Part shown: positions 32,001 through 41,242 of the stretch, piece after piece
Layout of the letters: every line of letters starts with the position of its first letter
Position numbering within the stretch: position 1 is the stretch's first letter
Source: Hyphomicrobiales bacterium
GTDB lineage: Bacteria; Pseudomonadota; Alphaproteobacteria; Rhizobiales; Hyphomicrobiaceae
Length of the DNA stretch: 51,559 nt
Assembly: GCA_003963125.1 (NCBI GenBank)
Contig: RXJK01000038.1
Span: forward strand, 1-51,559
Direction of reading: 5' to 3'
Notes under the pieces: generated by a model
What the model saw: only the letters and a program-made list of their open reading frames with translations
Database searches by the model: none
What the model was told of the DNA's origin: nothing
Program-made: the position numbers and the translations under genes

Positions 32001-32915
32001 CGCAATCGTTTCCGCCCGGCCGAAACCGAAGAAGCTGCGGAGGAGGAAGCCACCGCACCGGCACCCTCCCAGGTCCCCGTGCCGCAGCCGCCGGCGGGCC
32101 CGCGTCCCGTTCACACGAACGGAAAGGGCGGAACGCCACCTGCGGGCGCACCGATCCCGATGCCGATGCGATCACCGGCCGTGGTCACCCAGGCCCAGCC
32201 GATGCAGACCGCGCCGCCCAAATCGCCGATGCCGGCCCAGGCGCCGATGCCGATGGGCATGCAGACGGGCTTCACGCGTCCTAGGGCGCCAGAGCCACCG
32301 CGCCAACCCGTAGCCATGCCGCCCGCGCCGGCGCCGAGCTTCGTCCCCCCGCCCCTGCCACCCGCGCCCGCAGGCGGCGCCGGCATGAGCTTGCCCGTCT
32401 CCTCGTCGGCCCCCGCGGTTCCGCCCGACCCGGCGAAGATGACGCCATTCGCCGGCTGGCCCATGGTCGGGGGCGACGCCGTCCCGACGACGCGGCCCGT
32501 AACGGGCCCGCCGGGCGCCCCACCGCTGCCCCAGCAGAGCGGATTGAAGACCCAGTCGCGGCTGCCGGGGGAAACGACAGGCGCGCCGCAAATGCCTCCG
32601 CCGCCCCCCCCCTTGGCACCGGTCAACACCGCTGCGCGCGTACTTGGCCAGCCCCCCAGTGCGGACCCGTCACGCGTGCAGACGGATCCGCCCACTGCGC
32701 ATCCGCGCCCGCCCGTGACGACGGTGCGGACATCGCCGCCGACGGCACCGCCGGCCGCACCGACAAAAGGTCCCGCGGAGGGAAATGGCGACTATCAGAA
32801 CCTGCCGATGAGCGTCGCTGAAAGCTTGGCGAAACTTGCCGGACGCCGTAGCACGCCGCCACCGCCGCCCGATCCGGATCCGTTTCCGCGCGCAGCCGAC
32901 GGCAGCAAGGGCTGA
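29028..32915 (+). CDS. 7TMR-DISM sensor / PAS / GGDEF / EAL protein with a long Pro-rich C-terminal tail
   Basis: 1295-aa ORF. The start is TTG 29028 (overlapping the previous stop) or in-frame GTG 29046. In order it has a signal peptide, an extracytoplasmic domain, seven predicted TM helices, a PAS domain (VWEWNARRDE...HPADRERF), a GGDEF domain with motif GGDQF, an EAL domain (GFEALVRW, DDFGTGYSSLSYL, KLDRSF, EGVET, GQGFYYSEP), and then about 320 residues of Pro/Ala-rich low complexity. Confidence 0.85.
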   Translation: MKGLRRVQGEAYAGGTQPAPQGAGFVRLALFALALLFSLAAAPSAHALKAIQVNNDLDRIEITALGEAHDGRGDVLQIETAPGADGVSGRMSVRAQTSGTNPSWFVFALTNTTDKPLERWLAADRYNTVGSGIVWPDLDARRVEAVTPSVGFVPERIKNDRADVFRLTLEPGQTVTFVAEMSSEHFTRLALWKSIEYEQKSRDRQLFNGIMLGITGLLAIFLTAVFAANHKAIFPAAAVFTWAVLAYLCVDFGFWHKLFNIKPEENAQYRAAAEATMAACLLLFTITFLRLNAWNSFLRMLLAMWVVAQLSLIAVAFLDPRLAATFARLSVVAIAGGGAALTVFLALAGQDRALSLIPTWTLLLVWLFGAAMIFTGRLGGDVMTFGLTAGLVMIVVLIGFTVTQYAFRSIEPMYGTQPGESQVRSLAIEGAGAAVWEWNARRDEINVSPVVEAMLGLETGRLSGKADDFGKHMHPADRERFKLLLGSVKERSGGEIHIEFRLRHTDNSYHWFELEAASIPTSDHRNLRCIGLMRDITDTKRAQERLMQDAVNDSLTGLPNRELFLDRLAIAAKRATLEPLVRPALLFVDIDRFKNANAAFGLVVGDSLLLTVARRLARNLGPQDTLARVGGDQFALLLLNQSDPRELAMLAEAVRRTLRAPINIAGQDVVLTASIGISIYDGPDDDPAELLREAEIAMYRAKRGGTDRIEIFSNEMKSEKGGRPELEQDLRRAIEKKQLKLLYQPIFYLPTETLAGFEALVRWDHPSLGTLNPSEFIPIAEESDLIEKLGSFVLAQAVQEAAKWQTELSRPDNPVFVSVNVSSRQLFKPDLVNEVRHILARAVLPKGSLRLEITESLAMENPEKATTVLRQLADAGAGIALDDFGTGYSSLSYLNQFTFDTIKLDRSFIAASGQDGGGSTILRSIVALSHELGKKVVAEGVETEDDVGFLRSIGCEYGQGFYYSEPMAERDVMQLLRVARKAERRIKKSLLRNRFRPAETEEAAEEEATAPAPSQVPVPQPPAGPRPVHTNGKGGTPPAGAPIPMPMRSPAVVTQAQPMQTAPPKSPMPAQAPMPMGMQTGFTRPRAPEPPRQPVAMPPAPAPSFVPPPLPPAPAGGAGMSLPVSSSAPAVPPDPAKMTPFAGWPMVGGDAVPTTRPVTGPPGAPPLPQQSGLKTQSRLPGETTGAPQMPPPPPPLAPVNTAARVLGQPPSADPSRVQTDPPTAHPRPPVTTVRTSPPTAPPAAPTKGPAEGNGDYQNLPMSVAESLAKLAGRRSTPPPPPDPDPFPRAADGSKG

Positions 32916-32964
32916 GACAGCCTTTTATTGAAAACTGGCTGGAATGCTCGGCCCGCCTTCGAAG

Positions 32965-33579
32965 TCAGGCGTGCCCGGCCTGGCTCACGAGATGCGAGGG
33001 ATCGATACCGATGCGCGACAGCGCACGCTCGTACTTCGTATCAAGATCCGGGTGGAAGACGATGTCGGGATCGGCCGGGCAATGCAGCCACCCGTTCGCG
33101 TGGATCTCGCTCTCGAGCTGCCCAGGCGACCAGCCCGAGTAGCCAAGCGCCAGGATGGCGCGGTTGGGACCCCGCCCACCCGCCATGGCCTTCAGGATAT
33201 CGACGGTGGCCGTCAGCGACATGCGCGGGTCGATCGACAGCGTAGAATCCTCGGAGCAGTAGTCCGGCGTGTGCAGGACAAATCCGCGCTGGGTGTCGAC
33301 GGGCCCGCCCATATGCACGCGGATATCGCTGGCAACCTCGGCCTCGTCATCCTCGGCCTGGGGCGCGAGGCTGAGCTGCTTCATCAGTTCGGGGAAGCTG
33401 ATGTTGGGCGCCTGCTGATTGATGATCAGGCCCATGGCGCCCTCGTCGGAGTGCGCCAGCATGTAGATCACCGACTTGGCGAAGCGCTTGTCCGACATCA
33501 AGGGCATGGCGACGAGAAGCTGGCCTTCGAGAAAGCCATCACTGCCCATAACACGCTTGCGTCGTCTCGGTGCTCGCAT
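32965..33579 (-). CDS. yqgE: YqgE/AlgH-family (UPF0301) protein
   Basis: 204-aa protein with LLVAMPLMSDKRFAKSVIYMLAHSDEGAMGLIINQ and the GYSGWSPGQLESEI motif. Confidence 0.85.
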   Translation of the reverse strand: MRAPRRRKRVMGSDGFLEGQLLVAMPLMSDKRFAKSVIYMLAHSDEGAMGLIINQQAPNISFPELMKQLSLAPQAEDDEAEVASDIRVHMGGPVDTQRGFVLHTPDYCSEDSTLSIDPRMSLTATVDILKAMAGGRGPNRAILALGYSGWSPGQLESEIHANGWLHCPADPDIVFHPDLDTKYERALSRIGIDPSHLVSQAGHA

Positions 33580-33767
33580 ACGTCAGAGACTAGCGGCTAA
33601 TAAAGGCGACCGGAAGAGGGGTCGGGCCGATCACAACCTCGTTGCCCGGCTTGATTTGGCGCGAGCGTCAGGCCCACGTTATGGGTAACGGCGCCCCATT
33701 TAGGGGGGACAGCAAAGCGCACGCAAAGAAGCGGAGGCCTGGCTTGGCCGCAAAGTCGAACGCGAAA

Positions 33768-34616
33768 ATGGGCTTTTCCAAAAGGTGTCTCGGCGTCGCC
33801 GCGGCCCTCTTCGCTGCCATGGCTGCCAGTGCTCCGGTGCATGCGGCGGAGGAGGCTTCTGCGAGCCCCTGGGTGAACCTGCACGAGGGCTCCCGTGTGC
33901 GCCTGCTCACAATTCCAGGAGCGACCGTGAACGCCGCGGTCGAGGTCCAACTCGCGCCCGGTTGGAAGACCTACTGGCGTATGCCGGGCGATGCCGGCGT
34001 GCCGCCCCAGTTCGACTGGCAGGGCACGGAAAACGCGAAAGCGATCGAGGTGCTGTATCCGGCGCCCCATCGCCTGATCGAACCGGCCGCCGAGACGATC
34101 GGCTACAAGGGCAGCGTGGTCTTTCCGGTCAAGCTCCCACCGGCCGAGGCGAATAAGCCGGTCAAAGTGAAACTCGATCTGGAAATCGGCATCTGCAAGG
34201 AGATCTGCGTGCCGGCCCACGCCGAGTTCTCCGCTGCCATTCCCCCTTCGCCAACCCCAGCGTCGCCTCCTGCCATCGTGGCAGAGGCCTTGAAGACGGT
34301 GCCGGAGCAGGGTGCCGGGAAAGACCCGGCGCGGCCCTCCCTCGTCGATTTCAGACCCGACCTGACGGGCCCCGAGCCCAAGCTCGTGATCAAGGCCCGG
34401 TTCCCCGGCGACCAGGCTGCGGCCGATGTCTTCATCGAAGCCCCCGACAGCATCTATGTGCCCATGACGAAGCGCACCACGCAGGATGCGGGCGGCGTGA
34501 TCAGCTTCGAATCCAAGCTCTCGGCCTCGACCGCCCAGGACCTCAAGGGCAAGGACCTGACCATCACGCTGGTGGGCGCCGATGGGGCCGCGGAGGTGCG
34601 CCAGCCCGCCCGCTGA
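33768..34616 (+). CDS. secreted DsbD-N-terminal-domain (thiol:disulfide interchange) family protein
   Basis: The internal ATG at 33768 gives a signal peptide (MGFSKRCLGVAAALFAAMAASAPVHA). The DsbD-alpha-like motifs LAPGWKTYWRMPGDAGVPP and LEIGICKEICVP are present. Confidence 0.7.
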   Translation: MGFSKRCLGVAAALFAAMAASAPVHAAEEASASPWVNLHEGSRVRLLTIPGATVNAAVEVQLAPGWKTYWRMPGDAGVPPQFDWQGTENAKAIEVLYPAPHRLIEPAAETIGYKGSVVFPVKLPPAEANKPVKVKLDLEIGICKEICVPAHAEFSAAIPPSPTPASPPAIVAEALKTVPEQGAGKDPARPSLVDFRPDLTGPEPKLVIKARFPGDQAAADVFIEAPDSIYVPMTKRTTQDAGGVISFESKLSASTAQDLKGKDLTITLVGADGAAEVRQPAR

Positions 34617-34737
34617 TCGCGCAGATGTCAGCAGCCATGGCTTGGCTTAGGCGCCCTCTCGCCCTAGATTGCAGCCCTTCCATGCGGGGCCGGACCCCGC
34701 GACTGTTTCAGCCCCGCAAGAGACGAGGATGTAGCCT

Positions 34738-35223
34738 ATGACGATCAAGGTTGGTGATCGCCTGCCTGACGTGACGTTCATGACGCTTGGTGAGGATGGG
34801 GCGCCCAAGCCCGTCAAGACCGGGGAAGTCTTCGCCGGCAAGAAGGTCGCTCTGTTCGCCGTTCCGGGCGCCTACACGAACGTTTGCAGCAAGCAGCACC
34901 TGCCGGGCTACGTGGCCAATTACGACAAGCTGAAGTCCCAGGGCTTCGACCTCGTCGCCTGCACCTCGACCAACGACATCCTCGTCCTGTCCCAGTGGGG
35001 CAAGGACAACGGCGCCCACGGCAAGATCGTGATGCTCGCCGACGGCAACGCGGAGTTCGTCAAGAAGGTCGGGCTCGATCTCGACATGACCGCCCGCATC
35101 ATGGGCGTGCGCTCGAAGCGCTACTCCATGGTGGTCGAGGACGGCGTCGTGAAGTCCCTCAACATCGAGGAGACGCCGGCCAACCACGATCTTTCGAGCG
35201 CCGCCGCGATGTGCGCGCTGTAA
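34738..35223 (+). CDS. Prx5-type peroxiredoxin
   Basis: 161-aa protein with a FAVPGAYTNVCS active-site region (PxxxTxxC) and a typical Prx5 layout. Confidence 0.85.
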   Translation: MTIKVGDRLPDVTFMTLGEDGAPKPVKTGEVFAGKKVALFAVPGAYTNVCSKQHLPGYVANYDKLKSQGFDLVACTSTNDILVLSQWGKDNGAHGKIVMLADGNAEFVKKVGLDLDMTARIMGVRSKRYSMVVEDGVVKSLNIEETPANHDLSSAAAMCAL

Positions 35224-35245
35224 TCCCGCGCGAAGTTCGAGCCAG

Positions 35246-35286
35246 ATGCCGCCGGCGCCCCGCCAGGGCGCCGGCATTTGTTTTTG
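35246..35286 (+). terminator. intrinsic terminator after the peroxiredoxin gene
   Basis: Stem GCCGGCGCC (35251..35259), loop CCGCCAG, stem GGCGCCGGC (35267..35275), then ATTTGTTTTT. Confidence 0.75.
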
Positions 35287-35391
35287 CAGGGCCAAATCGT
35301 CCCCGGATCGGGCCGCGCCTTGACCCTCCGCCCCACGGGTGATCTACCGGGGCTGCATACGCAACCACGATTCTGCACGAGCGGGCTCCGC

Positions 35392-36951
35392 ATGACCCAG
35401 ACCGCGACCGACACCGTCCTCATCATCGATTTCGGCAGCCAGGTGACCCAGCTCATCGCCCGCCGCGTGCGCGAGCAGGGCGTCTATTCCGAGATCGTGC
35501 CCTTCAACAAGGCTGAGGGCGCGTTGGAGCGGCTGAAACCGCGCGCGGTCATTCTCTCTGGCGGCCCGGCCAGCGTGACGGAGTTCGGCACGCCGCGCGC
35601 ACCGGACTGGGTGTTCAAGGCGAAGCTGCCCGTGCTCGGCATCTGCTACGGCGAGCAGACCATGGTCTCGCAGATGGGCGGCGGCGTCGAAGGCGGCCAC
35701 CATCGCGAGTTCGGGCGCGCCGAGATCGAAGTCACCGACGACTGCGCCCTCTTCGCCGGCGTCTGGAAGAAGGGCGAGCGCGATACAGTTTGGATGAGCC
35801 ACGGCGATCGCGTGACGCAGCTCCCGCCAGGCTTCAAGGTCGTCGGCGTATCCAAGGGCGCGCCCTTCGCCGCCATCGCCGACGAGGCGCGCAAGCTCTA
35901 CGCCGTGCAATTCCATCCCGAGGTGGCGCACACCCCGCGCGGCGCCGCGCTGATCGGCAACTTCGTGCACCGCATCGCCGGCCTCGCGGGCGACTGGAGC
36001 ATGGCGCATTTCCGCACCGCCGAGATCGCCAAGATCCGCGCTCAGGTCGGCAAGGGGCGCGTGATCTGCGGCCTCTCGGGCGGCGTCGACAGCGCCGTTG
36101 CCGCCAAGCTCATCCACGAGGCGGTGGGCGATCAGCTCACCTGCATCTTCGTCGACCACGGCCTGATGCGCCTCAACGAAGGCGAGGAGGTCGTCTCGCT
36201 GTTTCGCGGGCATTTCAATATCCCGCTGGTGCACGTGAATGCCAAAGAGCGCTTCCTCACCGCGCTGGCCGGAAAGACCGACCCGGAAGTCAAGCGCAAG
36301 ACCATCGGCGGGCTGTTCATTGACGTGTTCGAGGAGGAAGCGAAGAAGATCGGCGGCGCCGAATTCCTGGCGCAAGGCACGCTCTATCCCGACGTCATCG
36401 AAAGCGTGTCCTTCACCGGCGGGCCTTCGGTCACCATCAAGTCGCATCACAACGTCGGCGGCCTGCCCGAGCGCATGAATTTGAAGTTGGTTGAGCCGCT
36501 GAGGGAACTGTTCAAGGACGAGGTGCGCGCATTGGGCCGCGAGATGGGCCTGCCCGAGCACTTCATCGGCCGGCATCCGTTCCCGGGCCCCGGCCTTGCC
36601 ATCCGCATCCTGTCGGACATCACGGAAGAGAAGCTCGAGATCCTGCGCAAGGCCGACGCCGTCTATCTCGACGAGATCCGCAAGGCCGGGCTTTACGATC
36701 AGATCTGGCAGGCCTTCGCCGTGCTCCTCCCGGTGCGCACGGTCGGCGTCATGGGCGACGGCCGTACCTACGACAACGTCTGCGCCTTGCGCGCCGTCAC
36801 CTCCACGGATGGCATGACCGCGGATTTCTTCCAGTTCCCGCACGATGTGTTGGGCCGCGCCGCGACGCGCATCATCAACGAGGTGAAGGGCATCAATCGC
36901 GTCGTCTACGACGTGACGAGCAAGCCGCCCGGTACGATCGAGTGGGAGTGA
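35392..36951 (+). CDS. guaA: glutamine-hydrolysing GMP synthase
   Basis: The internal ATG at 35392 gives a 519-aa protein. It has a GATase domain (LGICYGEQ), an ATP-PPase loop (SGGVDSAV) and a canonical C-terminus (KPPGTIEWE). Confidence 0.95.
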   Translation: MTQTATDTVLIIDFGSQVTQLIARRVREQGVYSEIVPFNKAEGALERLKPRAVILSGGPASVTEFGTPRAPDWVFKAKLPVLGICYGEQTMVSQMGGGVEGGHHREFGRAEIEVTDDCALFAGVWKKGERDTVWMSHGDRVTQLPPGFKVVGVSKGAPFAAIADEARKLYAVQFHPEVAHTPRGAALIGNFVHRIAGLAGDWSMAHFRTAEIAKIRAQVGKGRVICGLSGGVDSAVAAKLIHEAVGDQLTCIFVDHGLMRLNEGEEVVSLFRGHFNIPLVHVNAKERFLTALAGKTDPEVKRKTIGGLFIDVFEEEAKKIGGAEFLAQGTLYPDVIESVSFTGGPSVTIKSHHNVGGLPERMNLKLVEPLRELFKDEVRALGREMGLPEHFIGRHPFPGPGLAIRILSDITEEKLEILRKADAVYLDEIRKAGLYDQIWQAFAVLLPVRTVGVMGDGRTYDNVCALRAVTSTDGMTADFFQFPHDVLGRAATRIINEVKGINRVVYDVTSKPPGTIEWE

Positions 36952-36955
36952 CGGC

Positions 36956-37309
36956 ATGCCGTCCGTCACGCTCTACGGCATCAAGAACTGCGACACGATG
37001 AAGAAGGCGCGCGCCTGGCTCGATGCCCAGGGCATCGAGTACGCGTTCCACGACTACAAGGTGGCCGGGATCGAAAAGGGCACGCTCGCGGCCTGGGCGC
37101 GAAAAGTCGGCTGGGAGACGCTGCTCAATCGCACCGGTACCACCTTCCGCAAGCTGCCGGAAGCCGAGCGCGCCGACCTCGACGAAGCCAAAGCCCTCGC
37201 GCTCATGCTGGCCCAGCCCTCGATGATCAAGCGCCCCGTCCTCGTGTCCGGAGCGACGCTGCTCGTCGGCTTCAAACCGGACCTCTACAAAACGCGCCTC
37301 AGCCAATAG
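36956..37309 (+). CDS. ArsC/Spx-family reductase-like protein (YffB type)
   Basis: 117-aa protein with LYGIKNCDTMKKARAWL at the N-terminus and IKRPVL near the C-terminus. Confidence 0.85.
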   Translation: MPSVTLYGIKNCDTMKKARAWLDAQGIEYAFHDYKVAGIEKGTLAAWARKVGWETLLNRTGTTFRKLPEAERADLDEAKALALMLAQPSMIKRPVLVSGATLLVGFKPDLYKTRLSQ

Positions 37310-37458
37310 CATTGGCCTCCCGATTTTGCCTTCCCGGAAGACGTGCGCAAGCACGGCTATTCGGGATCTTTCCGTGCCAGGTGTTTCTCGACTGGGCAAA
37401 GCCCGGCTCTCGCTGCACTCGGCCGGGAAAGCAAGAGGGAAGGTTACACCCTCAGACA

Positions 37459-40116
37459 TTAGCGGCGGGATGAAAGTCGTTTTATCGCGTCGACGAGCGG
37501 GCGCTCGGCGGCATCGTAACCGGCCCACGGATCGGAACGACCGAGCAGCTTCGCAGCCGTGCGCACCGTGAAACGCTTGGGGTCGAGGTCTGCGCGAACC
37601 TTGCTCCACGCCAGCGGCATCGACACCGTCGCGCCAGGCCGTGCGCGCGGTGACAGCACACCGACGGCCGTGGCCGTCCGATCGTTGCGCAGGTAGTCGA
37701 GGTAGATGCGCCCCTCGCGCTGCTTCTTGGCCATGTTGATGAGATAGCGGTCTGGCGCGTCCGCTGCCATCGCCGCGCACACCGCCTGGGCGAACATCTT
37801 CGCCTCGTCCCAACCGATCTTGTCCTTGGCACGCACCTCGATTGGCGTGACGACGTGCAACCCCTTGCCGCCCGTAGTCTTGCAGAAGCTTGCGAGCCCG
37901 ATCGCCGAAAGCCGCTCGCGCATTTCGCGTGCCGCTTCGACGACGCGCTTGAACTGCACATCCTCCGCCGGATCGAGATCGAACACGAGACGGCCCGGGA
38001 CTTCCGGCTCGCCTGGCGCGCAGTTCCAGGGATGGAATTCGACGGCTGCGATCTGCGCCATGGCGACGAGCGCCTCGACGCTGTCGATCTGGATGTAGGC
38101 CTTCTTCTCGCCCGCGACCTTCACGCGCGTCACGAGGTTCGACATACCGAGCGCCACATGTCGCTGGAACCAGCGCTCGCCCTCGATGCCGTCCGGGGCT
38201 CGGATGAGCGAGCACGGCCGCCCCTTCAGGTACGCGACGAGCGGCTCACCCACCTCCTCGAGGTAGGCGGCGAGATCCAGTTTCGTCACGGCCGGCTCAC
38301 TGCCGGACGCTGGCCAAAGCTCCTTCTCGGGCTTCGAAATCGTGGTGCCGGCGACGGACGATCCGTTCTGTTTGGAGTGTTGCGGCATGGCAGCGGGCGC
38401 GCTCGCTTTCACCGAAACGAGACCGGCCTTCGGCGGTGCGACGGGCCGCTCGGCCTGGACCTCGCGTGCCGGCTTGTCGAGGCGCAGGCCCTTGAAGGCA
38501 GCTTGGCGCACCATCCCACCGCCCGTCCAGCCCGCGAATTCGATCTCGCATACCAGGTTTGGCCGCACCCAGTTGGTATCGGCGGTCTTGCGCGGGGCTT
38601 CCTTGCCCGTGAACGGGCTCGACGACGTCGCATTCGCCTTCAACTGGCGCAGGATGTCCTGCGTGTTCGAGCCGTTGAAGCCGGTGCCCACCCGCCCGAC
38701 GTGCATGAGCTTGTCGCCGTCGTACACGCCGACGATGAGCGAACGCAGCGTGCGCGCGCTGCCACTCCAGCCCCCGATGACGACCTCGTGGCCGAGACGG
38801 CACTTGGTTTTGACCCAGTTGTCGTTGCGGCCCGAACGATAGGGACCGTCCGCCTTTTTGGAAACGATGCCTTCGAGCTTCAGGCGCGCAGCGGACTCGA
38901 GAACCGCCTCTCCAGGCTGCGCAAGATGCTCGAGGTAGCGGATGCTCGTCTCGGATTTGCGGCCCGCTTTTTCGAGGAGCGCCTGCAAGCGCTGCTTGCG
39001 TTCGATGAGCGGCAATCCTCGCAAATCCTGGCCGTCCGCGAACAGCAGATCGAACGCGAAGAAGACGAGTTCCTTCGATTGACCTTCGGAGAGTGCGACC
39101 TGCAGCGCGGCGAAGTTCGGCGCGCCCTCGTGGTCGAGCGCCACCACCTCGCCATCGATCAGGCCGTCGGGAAGATGCTGCGCAGCCCGCGCGATGGCCG
39201 CGAACTTCTCCGTCCAATCGAGCCCTTTCCGCGTCCGCAGCACGGCGCGGCCGTTCTCCACGCGCAGTTGCACGCGGTAGCCGTCGAGCTTGATCTCGTG
39301 GACCCAGTCGCTCCCGGCCGGCGGCCGCGCGCTGGTGGCACAAAGCTGCGGGGACACGAAGCCTGGCATGGCGACCTTCGCCCCGCGCGTCGCGGAGGTG
39401 GATTTCGCAAGTTTCGCCCGCGGTGACTTTGCGGCGGTCGCGGCCGGCGCCGCCTTCGGCCGCGAATTCCATACGGCATCGGGTTCGAAAGCTCTCGCGC
39501 CGCCCATGATGAACGGTTTCGGCGCGCGGCCCTTGCCCGCGGCGATCTGAGCCATGCTGCGACCCGAAGCGACCGATCGATCGTCCTCGGCAGCGGAAGG
39601 ATCGGCGCCCGCGTGGTCGTCGCCGTGCTTGATCAGCAGCCAGTTGGTCCGCTTGCCGCCAAACTTGTCGCCGCGCATGCGCACGAGCACCCAGCTGCCC
39701 TTGAGCTTGGAGCCCGCAAGCGTGAACTTCAGTTCGCCCTTCTTCAGAGCCTGCGCCGCCTTGCCCGTCCCTTCCGGCAGCCAGAAGCCCCGGTCCCAAA
39801 GCATCACGGTGCCGCCGCCGTATTCGCCCTTGGGGATCGTACCTTCGAAATCGCCGTAGGCGAGGGGGTGATCCTCGACTTCGACTGCCAACCGCTTTTC
39901 ATGCGGATCGAGCGACGGTCCCTTGGTCACGGCCCAGGACTTGAAAACGCCGTCGACCTCGAGCCGCAGATCGTAGTGCAGGCGCGTCGCATCGTGCTTC
40001 TGGATTACGAAGCGCGGATACTCGCCGGGCTGCGGCCCCTGATCACCCTTGGGTTCCGCGGTCTTGGTGAAGTCGCGCTTGGCGCGGTAGAGGGAAAGGC
40101 TTTTCTTGACCGTCAT
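37459..40116 (-). CDS. ligD: ATP-dependent DNA ligase LigD (phosphoesterase-ligase-polymerase)
   Basis: 885-aa protein. It has an N-terminal 3'-phosphoesterase domain ([18 protein letters not shown]), a central ligase domain with the adenylation lysine motif EIKLDGYR, and a C-terminal LigD polymerase/primase domain ([11 protein letters not shown]). Confidence 0.92.
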   Translation of the reverse strand: MTVKKSLSLYRAKRDFTKTAEPKGDQGPQPGEYPRFVIQKHDATRLHYDLRLEVDGVFKSWAVTKGPSLDPHEKRLAVEVEDHPLAYGDFEGTIPKGEYGGGTVMLWDRGFWLPEGTGKAAQALKKGELKFTLAGSKLKGSWVLVRMRGDKFGGKRTNWLLIKHGDDHAGADPSAAEDDRSVASGRSMAQIAAGKGRAPKPFIMGGARAFEPDAVWNSRPKAAPAATAAKSPRAKLAKSTSATRGAKVAMPGFVSPQLCATSARPPAGSDWVHEIKLDGYRVQLRVENGRAVLRTRKGLDWTEKFAAIARAAQHLPDGLIDGEVVALDHEGAPNFAALQVALSEGQSKELVFFAFDLLFADGQDLRGLPLIERKQRLQALLEKAGRKSETSIRYLEHLAQPGEAVLESAARLKLEGIVSKKADGPYRSGRNDNWVKTKCRLGHEVVIGGWSGSARTLRSLIVGVYDGDKLMHVGRVGTGFNGSNTQDILRQLKANATSSSPFTGKEAPRKTADTNWVRPNLVCEIEFAGWTGGGMVRQAAFKGLRLDKPAREVQAERPVAPPKAGLVSVKASAPAAMPQHSKQNGSSVAGTTISKPEKELWPASGSEPAVTKLDLAAYLEEVGEPLVAYLKGRPCSLIRAPDGIEGERWFQRHVALGMSNLVTRVKVAGEKKAYIQIDSVEALVAMAQIAAVEFHPWNCAPGEPEVPGRLVFDLDPAEDVQFKRVVEAAREMRERLSAIGLASFCKTTGGKGLHVVTPIEVRAKDKIGWDEAKMFAQAVCAAMAADAPDRYLINMAKKQREGRIYLDYLRNDRTATAVGVLSPRARPGATVSMPLAWSKVRADLDPKRFTVRTAAKLLGRSDPWAGYDAAERPLVDAIKRLSSRR

Positions 40117-40143
40117 GCCTTCGCACCACCGATACTGCCGCCG

Positions 40144-40362
40144 CTAATGAAGTTTCGTCGTCTTGGTCTTTTGCGCCAGCATGCCACGGCGCAATTGTCT
40201 CAGCCACCACAGCCGTGCCTGTCGATCCCGATAGAGCTGCAGGGCGGACGCACTCATGACGTTGACCGCCGCCGAGCCGCGGCCGCGGGTCTGCGCGCGG
40301 TTCATCGTCTCGATGCGCGCGATCATTTCCTCGATCTCGTTGACCAGAGCCGTTTCATCCAT
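40144..40362 (-). CDS. hypothetical 72-aa protein upstream of ligD
   Basis: Internal ATG of ORF 40144..40536. It translates to MDETALVNEIEEMIARIETMNRAQTRG...LWWLRQLRRGMLAQKTKTTKLH. The stop is 27 nt before the ligD start. The SD is weak and no domain is recognisable. Confidence 0.4.
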   Translation of the reverse strand: MDETALVNEIEEMIARIETMNRAQTRGRGSAAVNVMSASALQLYRDRQARLWWLRQLRRGMLAQKTKTTKLH

Positions 40363-40439
40363 GGCGGACACCCCCAACGCTTGTACTTGAGGGGTTAATA
40401 CGTTGCAGGGCATTCCGGTTCCCGATGTGGCGGCCTGCG

Positions 40440-41213
40440 TCAGGCGCGCTTTTCCAAGGGCGCCGGGGCAAGCGCACGAAGCAGACGTGCGAGGGCGGAG
40501 CGAACCTCGATGGTGCTCGCAAAGTCCGCATCGCACGAGGGGAAATACTCACCCGCGACCGTAAAAGCGGCACCGCCCTTGCTTTTCGCGAAGGCAATCG
40601 CGGGCTCATCACCGCGATCATCGCCGATGACGAGGGGAACGCGCTCGTGGAACGGACCGCTTTCGAGAAACTTCGCGATCGACGTTGCCTTCGAGAAGCC
40701 GCGCGGGATGATTTCGTAGATCATGCGCCCGCCCTTGAGCTGATACGCCGGCCATTCGCGCACCACGTCCGACAGGATCGTGCCGAGAAACTCGACGGCG
40801 TCCGGCACCTTGCGGTAATGCACCGCGAGCCCGACGCTTTTGTCCTCGACGAGCATCGTATCCGACGGACCGATCGCCTGCCGCACGGCCGTCGTCAGGC
40901 CCTCGGGAATGCGCGGCGCGAGAATTTCGACGTGATCCCCCGCGGCGAGGCGGAGTTCGGAACCATGCACGCCGGACGCCGGCAGGCGCAACGGCCGCAG
41001 CATGCCGTCAACGGTCTTGATCTCGCGCCCTGTGTTGAGCGCGAGCGCGCCCCCGAGGGCTGCACTCAGCCCCGCGAGGAGGCCCGGCAGCTCGGCGGGA
41101 ATGCGCACGCTCTTGGGATCGGGCGCCACGTCGATCAGCGTGCCGTCGATATCGAGGAAGACCGCCCACTTGCGGGGATCCGCGACCACCACCTCGTCAA
41201 ACGCGCGCGACAT
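40440..41213 (-). CDS. otsB: trehalose-6-phosphate phosphatase
   Basis: The internal ATG at 41213 gives a 257-aa HAD phosphatase (FLDIDGTLID, GDDRGDE). Confidence 0.85.
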   Translation of the reverse strand: MSRAFDEVVVADPRKWAVFLDIDGTLIDVAPDPKSVRIPAELPGLLAGLSAALGGALALNTGREIKTVDGMLRPLRLPASGVHGSELRLAAGDHVEILAPRIPEGLTTAVRQAIGPSDTMLVEDKSVGLAVHYRKVPDAVEFLGTILSDVVREWPAYQLKGGRMIYEIIPRGFSKATSIAKFLESGPFHERVPLVIGDDRGDEPAIAFAKSKGGAAFTVAGEYFPSCDADFASTIEVRSALARLLRALAPAPLEKRA

Positions 41214-41242
41214 ACTGGGCTTCCGGTCGGAGGTCTTGAGGA

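Noticed and set aside
34860-34895. Peroxiredoxin active site reads PGAYTNVC instead of the common PGAFTPTC.
   Set aside because: The universal PxxxTxxC pattern and the peroxidatic Cys are intact, so this is probably ordinary subfamily variation.
37326-37571. 81-aa ORF in the convergent spacer between the ArsC-family gene and ligD.
   Set aside because: It runs into the ligD 3' end on the opposite strand, has an Arg/Ser-rich composition, and has no SD.
40399-40422. EcfG-like motif GGAAC-N15-CGTA (or N16-GTAT) on the minus strand upstream of the 72-aa ORF and ligD.
   Set aside because: Both the spacing and the -10 deviate from consensus. I mention it only as a weak possibility in the ligD finding and do not call it as a feature.
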